DNA of 64,000 bases from Verrucomicrobiia bacterium (GCA_049692125.1 JBAVOO010000037.1:34299-98298); one strand, 5' to 3'; positions 17,001 to 24,943 are shown, counted from the first letter of the stretch. Notes: generated from the sequence alone by a model not told the origin. Numbers and translations are program-made.

Positions 17001-17101
17001 CGCAGGCGTCTCGCCTGCACAGCGAGTACGTCAGCAAAAGTAATTGAATCAATACTTTCGCGCACCTGCTTCGGCGCGGTGCAGGCGGGACGCCTGCGCT
17101 A
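16998..17101. repeat. GCAGGCG double-palindrome element between the methyltransferase and argJ
   Basis: tagcgcaggcgtctcgcctgcac (16998-17020) and gtgcaggcgggacgcctgcgcta (17079-17101) are inverted copies with one mismatch. Each arm is itself a small palindrome (gcaggcg-NNN-cgcctgc). Confidence 0.85.
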
Positions 17102-17160
17102 CCATTGTCGGCTTTCGAGTTGAAAATTATTTGCGCCGCCCGCAAATTCTCCGCCGAACA

Positions 17161-18543
17161 ATGAGCAAAAATCCGTTCAAAATAATTTCAGGTTCCATCA
17201 TCGCGCCGCGGGGCTTCCTCGCCAGTGGCGTATTTTGCGACATCAAACGCCTCGGCACCGGCAAAGGTTCGCAGAAGGGCGAGAAGCGCGACCTTGCGCT
17301 CATCGTTTCCGAGGCGCCGGCGACCGTGGCGGGCATGTTCACCACCAACCAGGTTTGCGCCGCGCCGGTGAAGGTTTGTGTCGGGCGCGTGAAAAAGGGA
17401 ACCGCACAGGCCATCGTGGTCAATTCCGGCAATGCCAATGCCTGCACCGGCAAACAGGGTTTGCAGGACGCCCAGGAGATGGTTCGCTATACCGAACGCG
17501 CGTTGAACTTTCCTAAAGGCTCGGTTCTGGTCGGCTCGACCGGGCGCATCGGCGTCACACTGCCGATGGACAACGTCCGCGCGGGAATCATTGAGGCGTG
17601 CGTTGAATTGGGTTCAACGCGTGCACACGCAGCCCACGCCGTAGAAGCCATCATGACCAGCGACACGCGGCCCAAACAAATCGCGGTCGAATTCAAACTC
17701 GGCGGCAAAACCGTCCGCATCGGCGGCATGTGCAAAGGCGCGGGCATGATTCAGCCCGGCATGAGCACCACCGGTACGCGGCCTGCCGCGATGCCGCTGC
17801 ATGCGACCATGCTTTGTTTCATCACCACGGACGCAGCCATCGGGGCCAAGGTTTTACAGGCTGCATTGCAGGAAGCCGTGGCCCAGAGCTTCAATCGCAT
17901 CACCGTGGACGGCGACATGAGCACGAACGACACCGTGCTGGTGCTGGCAAATGGGCTGGCGGGAAATCCTTTAATTGTAGGAGACGAGGTAACGAGTCTC
18001 ACTTCTTCAGGAAAAATTAGAGCCTCCTCACGTCGGCTCCCACAAGATTTGGAAATTTTTCAAGCCGCTCTCAATCACGTCTGCCTCGAATTGGCCAGGA
18101 TGATTGTTCGAGATGGCGAGGGCGTGCATCGCGTCGTAACGGTGCGCGTGAACGGGGCGAAGACGGTGGCGGATGCCGATGCCGCGGCGCGCGCGGTCGC
18201 CAACAGTCCACTGGTAAAGACAAGCTGGCACGGCGGCGACCCGAATTGGGGCCGCATCATTGATGCCGTTGGTTATAGCCCGGCGACCGTGGTGGAAGAG
18301 AGAGTTGACATCGGCTACAGTGCCCCCGGCAGCAAAAAGATTTTGTGGAGCTTAAAACACGGTCAGCCGACGAAGGCAACGTTCAAACAACTTTGTGCTG
18401 CCGTCGTGCCCAAGGAATTTGATTTGCACATCAACATGAACCTCGGCAAAGCTTCCGCCGTGATTTATGCCGCCGATTTGACCGAGGAATACGTGGATTT
18501 CAACAAGGGCGATGTGGGTGATCCGGGTTCGCTAGGCGGGTAA
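17161..18543 (+). CDS. argJ: bifunctional glutamate N-acetyltransferase / amino-acid acetyltransferase
   Basis: From ATG 17161: MSKNPFKIISGSIIAPRGFLASGVFCDIKR..DLALIVSE.PATVAGMFTTNQVCAAPV...ATMLCFITTDA (autoproteolytic T site) ...DGDMSTNDTVLVLANG...DGEG..R. It contains an in-frame palindromic insert at 17977-18043. Confidence 0.93.
   Translation: MSKNPFKIISGSIIAPRGFLASGVFCDIKRLGTGKGSQKGEKRDLALIVSEAPATVAGMFTTNQVCAAPVKVCVGRVKKGTAQAIVVNSGNANACTGKQGLQDAQEMVRYTERALNFPKGSVLVGSTGRIGVTLPMDNVRAGIIEACVELGSTRAHAAHAVEAIMTSDTRPKQIAVEFKLGGKTVRIGGMCKGAGMIQPGMSTTGTRPAAMPLHATMLCFITTDAAIGAKVLQAALQEAVAQSFNRITVDGDMSTNDTVLVLANGLAGNPLIVGDEVTSLTSSGKIRASSRRLPQDLEIFQAALNHVCLELARMIVRDGEGVHRVVTVRVNGAKTVADADAAARAVANSPLVKTSWHGGDPNWGRIIDAVGYSPATVVEERVDIGYSAPGSKKILWSLKHGQPTKATFKQLCAAVVPKEFDLHINMNLGKASAVIYAADLTEEYVDFNKGDVGDPGSLGG
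17977..18043. repeat. GTAGGAGAC-type palindromic element inserted in frame in argJ
   Basis: gtaggagacgaggtaacgagtctc (17977-18000), 19 nt, then gagcctcctcacgtcggctcccac (18020-18043). The first arm differs from the 16021 copy at 2 of 24 positions and the second arm is more decayed. Confidence 0.8.
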
Positions 18544-18564
18544 GAAAAATAAAATGTAAAGCGA

Positions 18565-19662
18565 ATGCCCGCAAATCCCAAAGTCTTTATCAGCTATAGC
18601 CACGACTCGATTGAACATGGCGACAAGGTTTGGAATTTTTCAGAAAAACTACGCAACGAAGGAATAGATTGCATACTTGACCAATATGAAACTTCGCCGC
18701 CCGAAGGCTGGCCGAGATGGATGGATAAACAGATTCGTGACGCTGATTTTGTTTTGATGGTCTGCACTCAAGCTTATTACAAGCGTGTAATGGGTGAGGA
18801 GAAACCGGGGAAAGGTTTAGGAATTCGTTGGGAAGGCAATCTGATTTACCAACACATTTACAATGCTGGAAGTATAAACAATAAATTCATTCCAGTGCTC
18901 TTCAAAGACGGTAAATTTCAGCATATCCCCACGCCACTTCAAGGAGCGACTCATTACTGTGTTGATGAAGATGGAGAGCATGACCGTTTATATTGGTTTT
19001 TGCGCGGAATTGTTCCACAAAAACCAGCGTTAGGGAAATTGCGTCCGCTGCCAGCAAAAGAACGTAAAACAAATCCCGGAATGTTTCTTACAGGTTGTAT
19101 TGATGTCAGTTTGTGGGGCAAGGCAGGCTGGAGTGGAACTTTTTTCATCACGGGCGGTAATCAGCCACCGGTCTTCGGTTTTTTATTTCAGGATGCTGCC
19201 TCTGCGCTCGGGATATTTGAAGGTTGGGTTAAGCGTTTTGGAATAAAAGATGAATATAATGAAATGCGTATCACTGTAGTTGAAGGTGATATAAAGGGAG
19301 AACCTCCAGGTTATTCTGTTCTCGTCAGCGTAAATCCGCTGAATATCTACGAGCGAGCGGATGCTCAAGGCATAAACATACCAAAAGATCATGTCATGAT
19401 TATCAGCAGAGTTCATCGCATGAATCCCGCTCCCGGTTCTCGCAACCTAGAAAAATTTAAGGAAGAATATCGAAAGTTTGGCTGTTGCCGACTTGTTGCT
19501 GTAGTTATTGAAGGTGAGGCCGTCCGTGTTTTTCAAGAGCCTTCCATCATGAAACAAGAAATTGTATTTCGCCAAGCTGATGAAATTACGTCGAATGACC
19601 CGGACGCTATAGCCAAAAAGGAGTTTTATAAAGAGCCAGAAACTCCAAAACGAAAACGCTGA
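18565..19662 (+). CDS. SEFIR/TIR-like domain protein with an unassigned C-terminal domain (candidate anti-phage effector)
   Basis: 365 aa. The N-terminus is KVFISYSHDSIEHGDKVWNFSEKLRNEGIDCILDQYETSPPEGWPRWMDKQIRDADFVLMVCTQAYYKRV..GIRWEGNLIY..FIPVLF, the SEFIR/TIR fold pattern as I remember it. The C-terminal 200 aa are unrecognised. Sampled 60-nt lines are 40-48 % G+C versus 68 % in argJ. Confidence 0.8.
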   Translation: MPANPKVFISYSHDSIEHGDKVWNFSEKLRNEGIDCILDQYETSPPEGWPRWMDKQIRDADFVLMVCTQAYYKRVMGEEKPGKGLGIRWEGNLIYQHIYNAGSINNKFIPVLFKDGKFQHIPTPLQGATHYCVDEDGEHDRLYWFLRGIVPQKPALGKLRPLPAKERKTNPGMFLTGCIDVSLWGKAGWSGTFFITGGNQPPVFGFLFQDAASALGIFEGWVKRFGIKDEYNEMRITVVEGDIKGEPPGYSVLVSVNPLNIYERADAQGINIPKDHVMIISRVHRMNPAPGSRNLEKFKEEYRKFGCCRLVAVVIEGEAVRVFQEPSIMKQEIVFRQADEITSNDPDAIAKKEFYKEPETPKRKR

Positions 19663-19681
19663 ATTCGATTCAGTAAATGAC

Positions 19682-19710
19682 AAAGCCGCTGGATTGCTCC
19701 AGCGGCTTTT
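19682..19710. terminator. hairpin terminator shared by the SEFIR-like gene (+) and the convergent ilvC (-)
   Basis: aaagccgctgg-attgct-ccagcggctttt: an 11-bp perfect stem with a T-run on the + strand. Confidence 0.75.
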
Positions 19711-19728
19711 GAATTCTTTGCGCGGACT

Positions 19729-20829
19729 TTAGTTTGCCGTGCGTCCCGAGACGCCCTTGGTGCCTTTGGCGATGACCTTGTCGGATTGCTTGGGACGCAG
19801 CGCGCGAGAGGCCGCGCCAGCCTGCCACATTTCGGAATTGTGGATTTCGCCCAGTTCCTTCGCCAACTGCGCCTGGTAGTTGCGGGCGCCGCAGGCGGAG
19901 AGCACGCGGGCGCATTCCTTGCCCGATTTGACGCGCTGGTAAAGTTTCTTGAACACCGGCAGGGTGGCTTTCTTGAACCGGGGTTTCCAGTCGAGCGCGC
20001 CGCGCTGGGCGGTGGCGGAGCAGTTGGAATACATCCAGTCCATGCCATTTTCATCCACGAGCCGGATGAGGCTCTGCGTCAGTTCCTCGACGGTTTCATT
20101 GAACGCTTCGCTCGGCGAATGGCCATGGGCACGGAGCACGTCGTATTGCGCTTCCATGATGCCGGCCAGGGCGCCCATCAACACGCCGCGTTCGCCCGTG
20201 AGATCGCTGAACACCTCATGCTGGAACGTGGTCGGGAACAAATAACCCGAGCCGATGCCGATGCCGACAGCCAGGCAACGCTCCTCGGCGTGGCCGGTGG
20301 CGTCCTGCTCGACGGCGAAACTGGAATTGATGCCCGCGCCGGTGAGAAAATTGCGGCGCACGTTCAGGCCGGAACCTTTCGGGGCGACCATGATGACGTC
20401 CACGTTCTTCGGGGGAACAACTCCGGTCAATTTCTTGTAGGCGATGGAAAAGCCGTGCGAGAAATAAAGCGCGTCGCCGGCTTTGAGATTTTTCTTCACG
20501 GCCGGCCAGATCGTGCGCTGGGCGGCGTCCGAAACGAGCATCTGGATGATGGTGCCCTTTTGCACGGCTTCCTCGATGTCGAACAGCGTCTTGCCGGGCT
20601 TCCATCCGTCAGCGACGGCGCGGTCCCAGTCGCGCTTGAAGGCTTTGGCCTGGCCGACGATGACGTTGAAGCCGTTGTCGCGCAGGTTCAGTCCCTGCGC
20701 CGGGCCTTGCACGCCATAACCGATGATGGCGATGGTCTCGTTCTTGAGCACCTTGCGCGCCCGGGCCATGGGGAATTCCTTGCGCGTGATGACTTTTTCC
20801 TTTGTTCCGCCGAAATCAATAATTGCCAT
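19729..20829 (-). CDS. ilvC: ketol-acid reductoisomerase
   Basis: 366 aa: IAIIGYGVQGPAQGLNLRDNGFNVIVGQ (Rossmann GxGxxG) ...YFSHGFSIAY..VDVIMVAPKGSG..VR. This is canonical KARI. Confidence 0.95.
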   Translation of the reverse strand: MAIIDFGGTKEKVITRKEFPMARARKVLKNETIAIIGYGVQGPAQGLNLRDNGFNVIVGQAKAFKRDWDRAVADGWKPGKTLFDIEEAVQKGTIIQMLVSDAAQRTIWPAVKKNLKAGDALYFSHGFSIAYKKLTGVVPPKNVDVIMVAPKGSGLNVRRNFLTGAGINSSFAVEQDATGHAEERCLAVGIGIGSGYLFPTTFQHEVFSDLTGERGVLMGALAGIMEAQYDVLRAHGHSPSEAFNETVEELTQSLIRLVDENGMDWMYSNCSATAQRGALDWKPRFKKATLPVFKKLYQRVKSGKECARVLSACGARNYQAQLAKELGEIHNSEMWQAGAASRALRPKQSDKVIAKGTKGVSGRTAN

Positions 20830-20837
20830 AATATTTT

Positions 20838-20907
20838 TTGAGTTGAGAGTTGATGGTTGAAAGTTGAGTGCTTGCTTGACTTGAAACTGAAAACTTGATG
20901 CTTGAAA
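20838..20907. repeat. GTTGA/CTTGA direct-word low-complexity spacer between ilvN and ilvC
   Basis: ttgagttgagagttgatggttgaaagttgagtgcttgcttgacttgaaactgaaaacttgatgcttgaaac. The words are direct repeats, not a clear hairpin. Confidence 0.6.
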
Positions 20908-21381
20908 CTATTTTCTTGGCAACGCGACCTTGCCGGTGCGCGTGATTTCCTGCACGCCGAACGAATCCATCAGGCTGACGAACTTTTCCACCTTGCTTTC
21001 GCTGCCGGTGATCTCGATGGCGAGCGTCCTGGGCTGCACGTCCACGATTTTCGCGCGGAAAATGTCGGTGATTTGCATCACCTCGGCGCGGGACTTGGAA
21101 TCCACCGCCACCTTGACGAGCACCAGTTCGCGGTCCACGTATTCGCCCTCGTGGAAATCCTGGACCTTGATGACGTCCGGCAGCTTGTTGAGCTGTTTGA
21201 CGATCTGCTCCAGCGTGGCCTCGTCGCCATGGGTGACGATGGTCATGCGCGACGTATCGGGGTCCTGGGTCGGGCCGACGTTGAGCGTGTCGATGTTGTA
21301 GCCGCGGCCGCTGAACAGTCCAGCCACGCGCGTGAGCACGCCGAACTTGTTCTCGACCAAAACTGAAATTGTGTGTCGCAT
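20908..21381 (-). CDS. ilvN: acetolactate synthase small (regulatory) subunit
   Basis: 157 aa: MRHTISVLVENKFGVLTRVAGLFSGRGYNIDTLNVGPTQDPDTSRMTIV (ACT domain). This is canonical. No large-subunit gene lies upstream in this window. Confidence 0.95.
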   Translation of the reverse strand: MRHTISVLVENKFGVLTRVAGLFSGRGYNIDTLNVGPTQDPDTSRMTIVTHGDEATLEQIVKQLNKLPDVIKVQDFHEGEYVDRELVLVKVAVDSKSRAEVMQITDIFRAKIVDVQPRTLAIEITGSESKVEKFVSLMDSFGVQEITRTGKVALPRK

Positions 21382-21507
21382 AAATCCGATTGGATCGGGA
21401 AATGAAGGCTAACAATGCGCGAACGCAGGGTCAATTTGCAAATTCAACTGGATTTGCACGGCGGGATTCCAAAACCAAATCGAGCAATTAATGTTTTCCC
21501 ACTCTTT

Positions 21508-21599
21508 TCAAAAGAATGGAGGGTGTTTTTTTCTTCCGCCACCGTCGTCAGCGGGCTGTGGCCCGGGCAGATCAACGTTTCCGCCGGAGCCCATGACTG
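21508..21599 (-). pseudogene. fragment A: decayed copy of the 3' end of the MBL-fold gene (27431..28360)
   Basis: The reverse strand reads ..PAETLICPGHSPLTTVAEEKNTLHSF-stop, versus ..PAETLICPGHGPLTTVAEEKAHNPFFP-stop in the intact gene. It has an internal deletion and is then fused at ..cccatgactg to the stop region of the YfhO-like gene 21602..24064. Confidence 0.7.
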
Positions 21600-21601
21600 A
21601 T

Positions 21602-24064
21602 TCATGGCCCGGGTAATGGCGGGACTTCTATTTTAACCATCCGAATCTTGATGGCGATCAGCCAGCCGGCCAGAACGATCACCGCCAGACCGGCCAGCCA
21701 TAATCCGAGAATCAAGCTGGCCGGTTTGTAAATGAATTCCAAGGTCCCGGTCCCCGCCGGCACCATGACGCCGCGAATCGTATAGTTTGCGCGGAGAACC
21801 GGCACGGGTTTGCCGTTGTAGCAGGCTCGCCAGCCTTGGTCCCAGTTGTCAGCCAGCACGATCAAACCGGGCGTTTGCATGCGCACCTCGACCGTGATGT
21901 GTGCCGGCATTTCGCTCGTGATTTGAGCTGTGCCGCGACAGTCGGCGGGCAATTCAACCGGTGTTTCAACGAACGCGATGTTGGCGGGGTTGAATTGCGG
22001 CGATGTCAGGGCAGTCAATTCCGCTTCGTCATTGGTCATGGTTTGAACCGATTTGGGAATGAACACCCTGGGGAGCGCGTTGGAATTGACAAACACCATG
22101 TAGCCGTCTCCTTGAAATGCGGGCCGCAGGGATGAAGGCGGCACGCCGCGGAAGACGCCATAGCGCACGTTGAGCATGTCCAGGACAGGCGGAAGCCGCA
22201 GGCCGGACGGCGGCGAAAATTTTACCAGCGGTATGAAATATTGAAGTTGCGCGTGGGGAATGATGACGGAGCGCGGGTCGGCCACCCGTCTCAAAAGATT
22301 GACCATCCGAGCGGGGTCAATCGCGTCATCACCCTTGAGTTCGTTCAGGCCCGCCATAAAAGTGACGGACGCGGGCAGACCGCTGGCGACGCGGCCGGGA
22401 ATCGATTGGGCGACCTGGTCAAAAACAGGAATTTTGGGATAATAAAGCGACGGGTCGCATTGCGGGCTGCGCCCGTAGTCAAACCGGAGCAAATCCCCCA
22501 CCAGGAGGATGGCAAATGCCGGAAACAAGAAACGCGCGGATTTATGAAGCCACAGGAGCAGCCAGCCGACAAACCCAAGCGCGCAAAATTCCGCCATGAT
22601 GACGTAATGGCGGGTGAACCAGGCCTGAATCTCATTCACGTCCCGGGTGATTTGGATTGATCTCAAATGCGTTGAGTAAAACGCATTGAAATTGGATTGA
22701 TTGGCGATGGGTTCAGGCAAAATCATGCTGCGATAAATGCACCAGGCAAACAGCCCGGCGAGCAAGCCAGCCGGAAGCCAGAACCACCAGCGTCGTTGGA
22801 CCGAGCCGCACAAAAGATTTTCAAGTCCGATGGCAGTCAGGGAAAGAATTGCGAAAGAGGTCAGGAACACGAGGCGATTGTGCGACATCATGTTCAATCC
22901 CGGCAAACGCAACAGATCCACGAAACCTGGAACCGCGAGCGACCAGCTCAAACCGAAGAACGCGAGAAAAATCCAAAACGCATTGATGGCGCGATGACGC
23001 CGGCTGAAACCTGCCAGGGGAGCGACGAGTAACGCCGCCAACACGCCGGTGTAGGCGGCAGTCGCGCTTTCGGGAAGACTGGGTTCGCGTTCGATGGCAA
23101 TAAAAGTGCTGCCATTTTCCGTCGTGCCGTAGATGTCCGGCAACACGACTTGCGGCAATGCCGTCAGCCCCACGGGCGGTCGCTCTTCGGCGCCGGCGCT
23201 TCGATGGATCATGCGCGAACCGGTTTTTGCATATTCCACCAAAGGCAAAAGGTGCGGCGCGGCCAGCAAGAATCCCAGCCCCCAACCCAAGGCCAGCATC
23301 GCCAGGGCCGTCCGGAATTTCCGTTGAAACCATTGGCCCGGATGAGCGTGCCATAAGCACCACGTTGCGTAAAATCCAGAACCCAAAAGCACCTGCCCGG
23401 CAATGTCCATCTGTCCGCTGGTTAATACCAAGAAGGTTACGAGGCTCAACCCGATGGCAGTTCGGGGATTGATGCCACGCATGGTTTTATCGACCGACAG
23501 GAAAAGCCACGGAAGCCAACAAACCGCCAAGCCGGTGAAAAACCCCTGCCAAAGAACAAAAAAGGCCGTTAAAGGATAACACCACGCGCAAACGGTCGCC
23601 GGCCAAAAACTGACCGTCAATACCCTCCGACAAAAAAAATACATTCCCATGCCTGCCACCAGTGCGGCGAAGAGTTGTCCCCAAGCGAGTATGACCGGGG
23701 ATTTTATCAGGCATTCCCAAAGGAGAAAAAGTGAGTATTTCGGCCACACGAACGGAACGCCTCCATATTGATAAGGAGCCCACAAGGGAAAACGGCCCCG
23801 GTGAATTTCCGAAATCGCAAACTGCCGCGCGGGTTCAAGTCCAGCAATCAAGTCCGACAATACGATGTTGTGCGGCACAATTTTCGCCGTTTCAGGAGTC
23901 GGCGGCATATAAACACCCGGTTGGGCGAGAATATCCAGGGGCAGCAGGATTTTTTCCCCAATCAATGAAGGGCCATACAGGATTGCCTGCCCCAAAACAA
24001 TGCCGGCACTGACAACGAGCAGCTTCACAAATTTTCTTCTCACGGTTTGTTTGTTTTCGCTCAT
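21602..24064 (-). CDS. large polytopic membrane protein, YfhO-like (putative GT-C-type glycosyltransferase), paralogue 1
   Basis: 820 aa with more than 12 TMS in the N-terminal 520 aa. The extracytoplasmic C-terminal domain ends VLADNWDQGWRACYNGKPVPVLRANYTIRGVMVPAGTGTLEFIYKP plus a final TM, which is the YfhO-family tail pattern as I remember it. The functional label is tentative. Confidence 0.85.
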   Translation of the reverse strand: MSENKQTVRRKFVKLLVVSAGIVLGQAILYGPSLIGEKILLPLDILAQPGVYMPPTPETAKIVPHNIVLSDLIAGLEPARQFAISEIHRGRFPLWAPYQYGGVPFVWPKYSLFLLWECLIKSPVILAWGQLFAALVAGMGMYFFCRRVLTVSFWPATVCAWCYPLTAFFVLWQGFFTGLAVCWLPWLFLSVDKTMRGINPRTAIGLSLVTFLVLTSGQMDIAGQVLLGSGFYATWCLWHAHPGQWFQRKFRTALAMLALGWGLGFLLAAPHLLPLVEYAKTGSRMIHRSAGAEERPPVGLTALPQVVLPDIYGTTENGSTFIAIEREPSLPESATAAYTGVLAALLVAPLAGFSRRHRAINAFWIFLAFFGLSWSLAVPGFVDLLRLPGLNMMSHNRLVFLTSFAILSLTAIGLENLLCGSVQRRWWFWLPAGLLAGLFAWCIYRSMILPEPIANQSNFNAFYSTHLRSIQITRDVNEIQAWFTRHYVIMAEFCALGFVGWLLLWLHKSARFLFPAFAILLVGDLLRFDYGRSPQCDPSLYYPKIPVFDQVAQSIPGRVASGLPASVTFMAGLNELKGDDAIDPARMVNLLRRVADPRSVIIPHAQLQYFIPLVKFSPPSGLRLPPVLDMLNVRYGVFRGVPPSSLRPAFQGDGYMVFVNSNALPRVFIPKSVQTMTNDEAELTALTSPQFNPANIAFVETPVELPADCRGTAQITSEMPAHITVEVRMQTPGLIVLADNWDQGWRACYNGKPVPVLRANYTIRGVMVPAGTGTLEFIYKPASLILGLWLAGLAVIVLAGWLIAIKIRMVKIEVPPLPGP

Positions 24065-24094
24065 GGCCGGGCATTATATATGCAAAAATATCAA

Positions 24095-24173
24095 TCAAAA
24101 AACGGATGGTGCGCCTTTCCCTCCGCCACCGTCGTCAATGGGCCGTGGCCGGGGCAAATCAAGGTTTCCGCTG
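24095..24173 (-). pseudogene. fragment B: decayed copy of the MBL-fold gene 3' end
   Basis: The reverse strand reads ..LPAETLICPGHGPLTTVAEGKAHHPFF-stop. It sits just upstream of the paralogue-1 start, as the intact MBL 3' end sits upstream of paralogue 2. Confidence 0.7.
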
Positions 24174-24188
24174 GTAGCGCGGGGTCGT

Positions 24189-24578
24189 TCACTCAGGAAT
24201 CCAGATGACGGGCAGTTTCTCATCGCGGTTGCGGCGATACCAATTGAAATGGCTGTCGTCGGTGATGATTTTGAACGACGGAAACAGCTCGCTGGCGCGC
24301 ACGAGGGTCGCGTCCGCAAAGTCCATTTCCGGCGCGTATTTTTCCAGCAGCGCGGCCAGCGCGGACTTTTCCTCCTCCACGTCCAGCGCAAAACGGTAGT
24401 CGCCAATGATTTTGGCGACGATTGTGAAGTCACCGATCAAATGACTGGCTTCGGTGAATGCCGCCGCCGTCGTCCACAAACGTTCGTGGTGTTGCTTGAA
24501 GAAATTCTGCGCCCACGCGCGGCGTTTGGGCGTTTGGGCGAACGGACTGACGATAAAGCTGGTGTCAGCGAGAAACAT
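24189..24578 (-). CDS. vapC: PIN-domain toxin (VapC-like ribonuclease)
   Basis: 129 aa with acidic PIN residues at the expected spacing: FLADTSF (D5), TEASHL, DFADATLV, ITDDSHF. It overlaps the upstream antitoxin ORF by 14 nt. Confidence 0.8.
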   Translation of the reverse strand: MFLADTSFIVSPFAQTPKRRAWAQNFFKQHHERLWTTAAAFTEASHLIGDFTIVAKIIGDYRFALDVEEEKSALAALLEKYAPEMDFADATLVRASELFPSFKIITDDSHFNWYRRNRDEKLPVIWIPE

Positions 24579-24819
24579 GACGGCGGCCGATGGCGGCGCG
24601 GATTTTCTCGCGCTCGGTTTTGCCGGGCAACTCCGGCAAAGTGAACCCTGCGCGGCTCAATTCAAGGCTGGCGGGAGACGAGTTGGCGTCTGACAAGGAA
24701 GCGGCGTCCGCCACAATTTGTTGCAGGAAGGCATAAGGCGAAAGGCCGCGCCGCCGCGCCGCCTTCTGGAATCTGGCCGCCACTTCCGGCTTCACACGGG
24801 TTTGCAAAAGCATTGTCAT
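24565..24819 (-). CDS. putative VapB-type antitoxin (RHH-like)
   Basis: 84 aa. MTMLLQTRVKPEVAARFQKAARRRGLSPYAFLQQIV resembles a ribbon-helix-helix N-terminus. Its position and overlap with the PIN gene are typical of a type II TA operon. Confidence 0.7.
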   Translation of the reverse strand: MTMLLQTRVKPEVAARFQKAARRRGLSPYAFLQQIVADAASLSDANSSPASLELSRAGFTLPELPGKTEREKIRAAIGRRHVSR

Positions 24820-24871
24820 ACACCAAGTGTAATCTTCGCCTCAAGCATGTCAACGACCGTAAAATCGCCAA

Positions 24872-24942
24872 TCAAAGAACGGAGGGTGTTCCTTTTCCTC
24901 CGCGACCGTCGTCAACGGGCCGTGGCCGGGTCCCACGACTGA
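24872..24942 (-). pseudogene. fragment C: decayed copy of the MBL-fold gene 3' end
   Basis: The reverse strand reads ..SWDPGHGPLTTVAEEKEHPPFFD-stop. It has a larger internal deletion than fragment A but the same junction (cccacgactg | atttattgcccggg) onto the stop region of paralogue 2. Confidence 0.7.
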
Positions 24943-24943
24943 T

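Noticed and set aside
19786-20841. 351-aa + ORF opposite ilvC
   Set aside because: The minus frame is canonical ketol-acid reductoisomerase, so the + frame is compositional noise.
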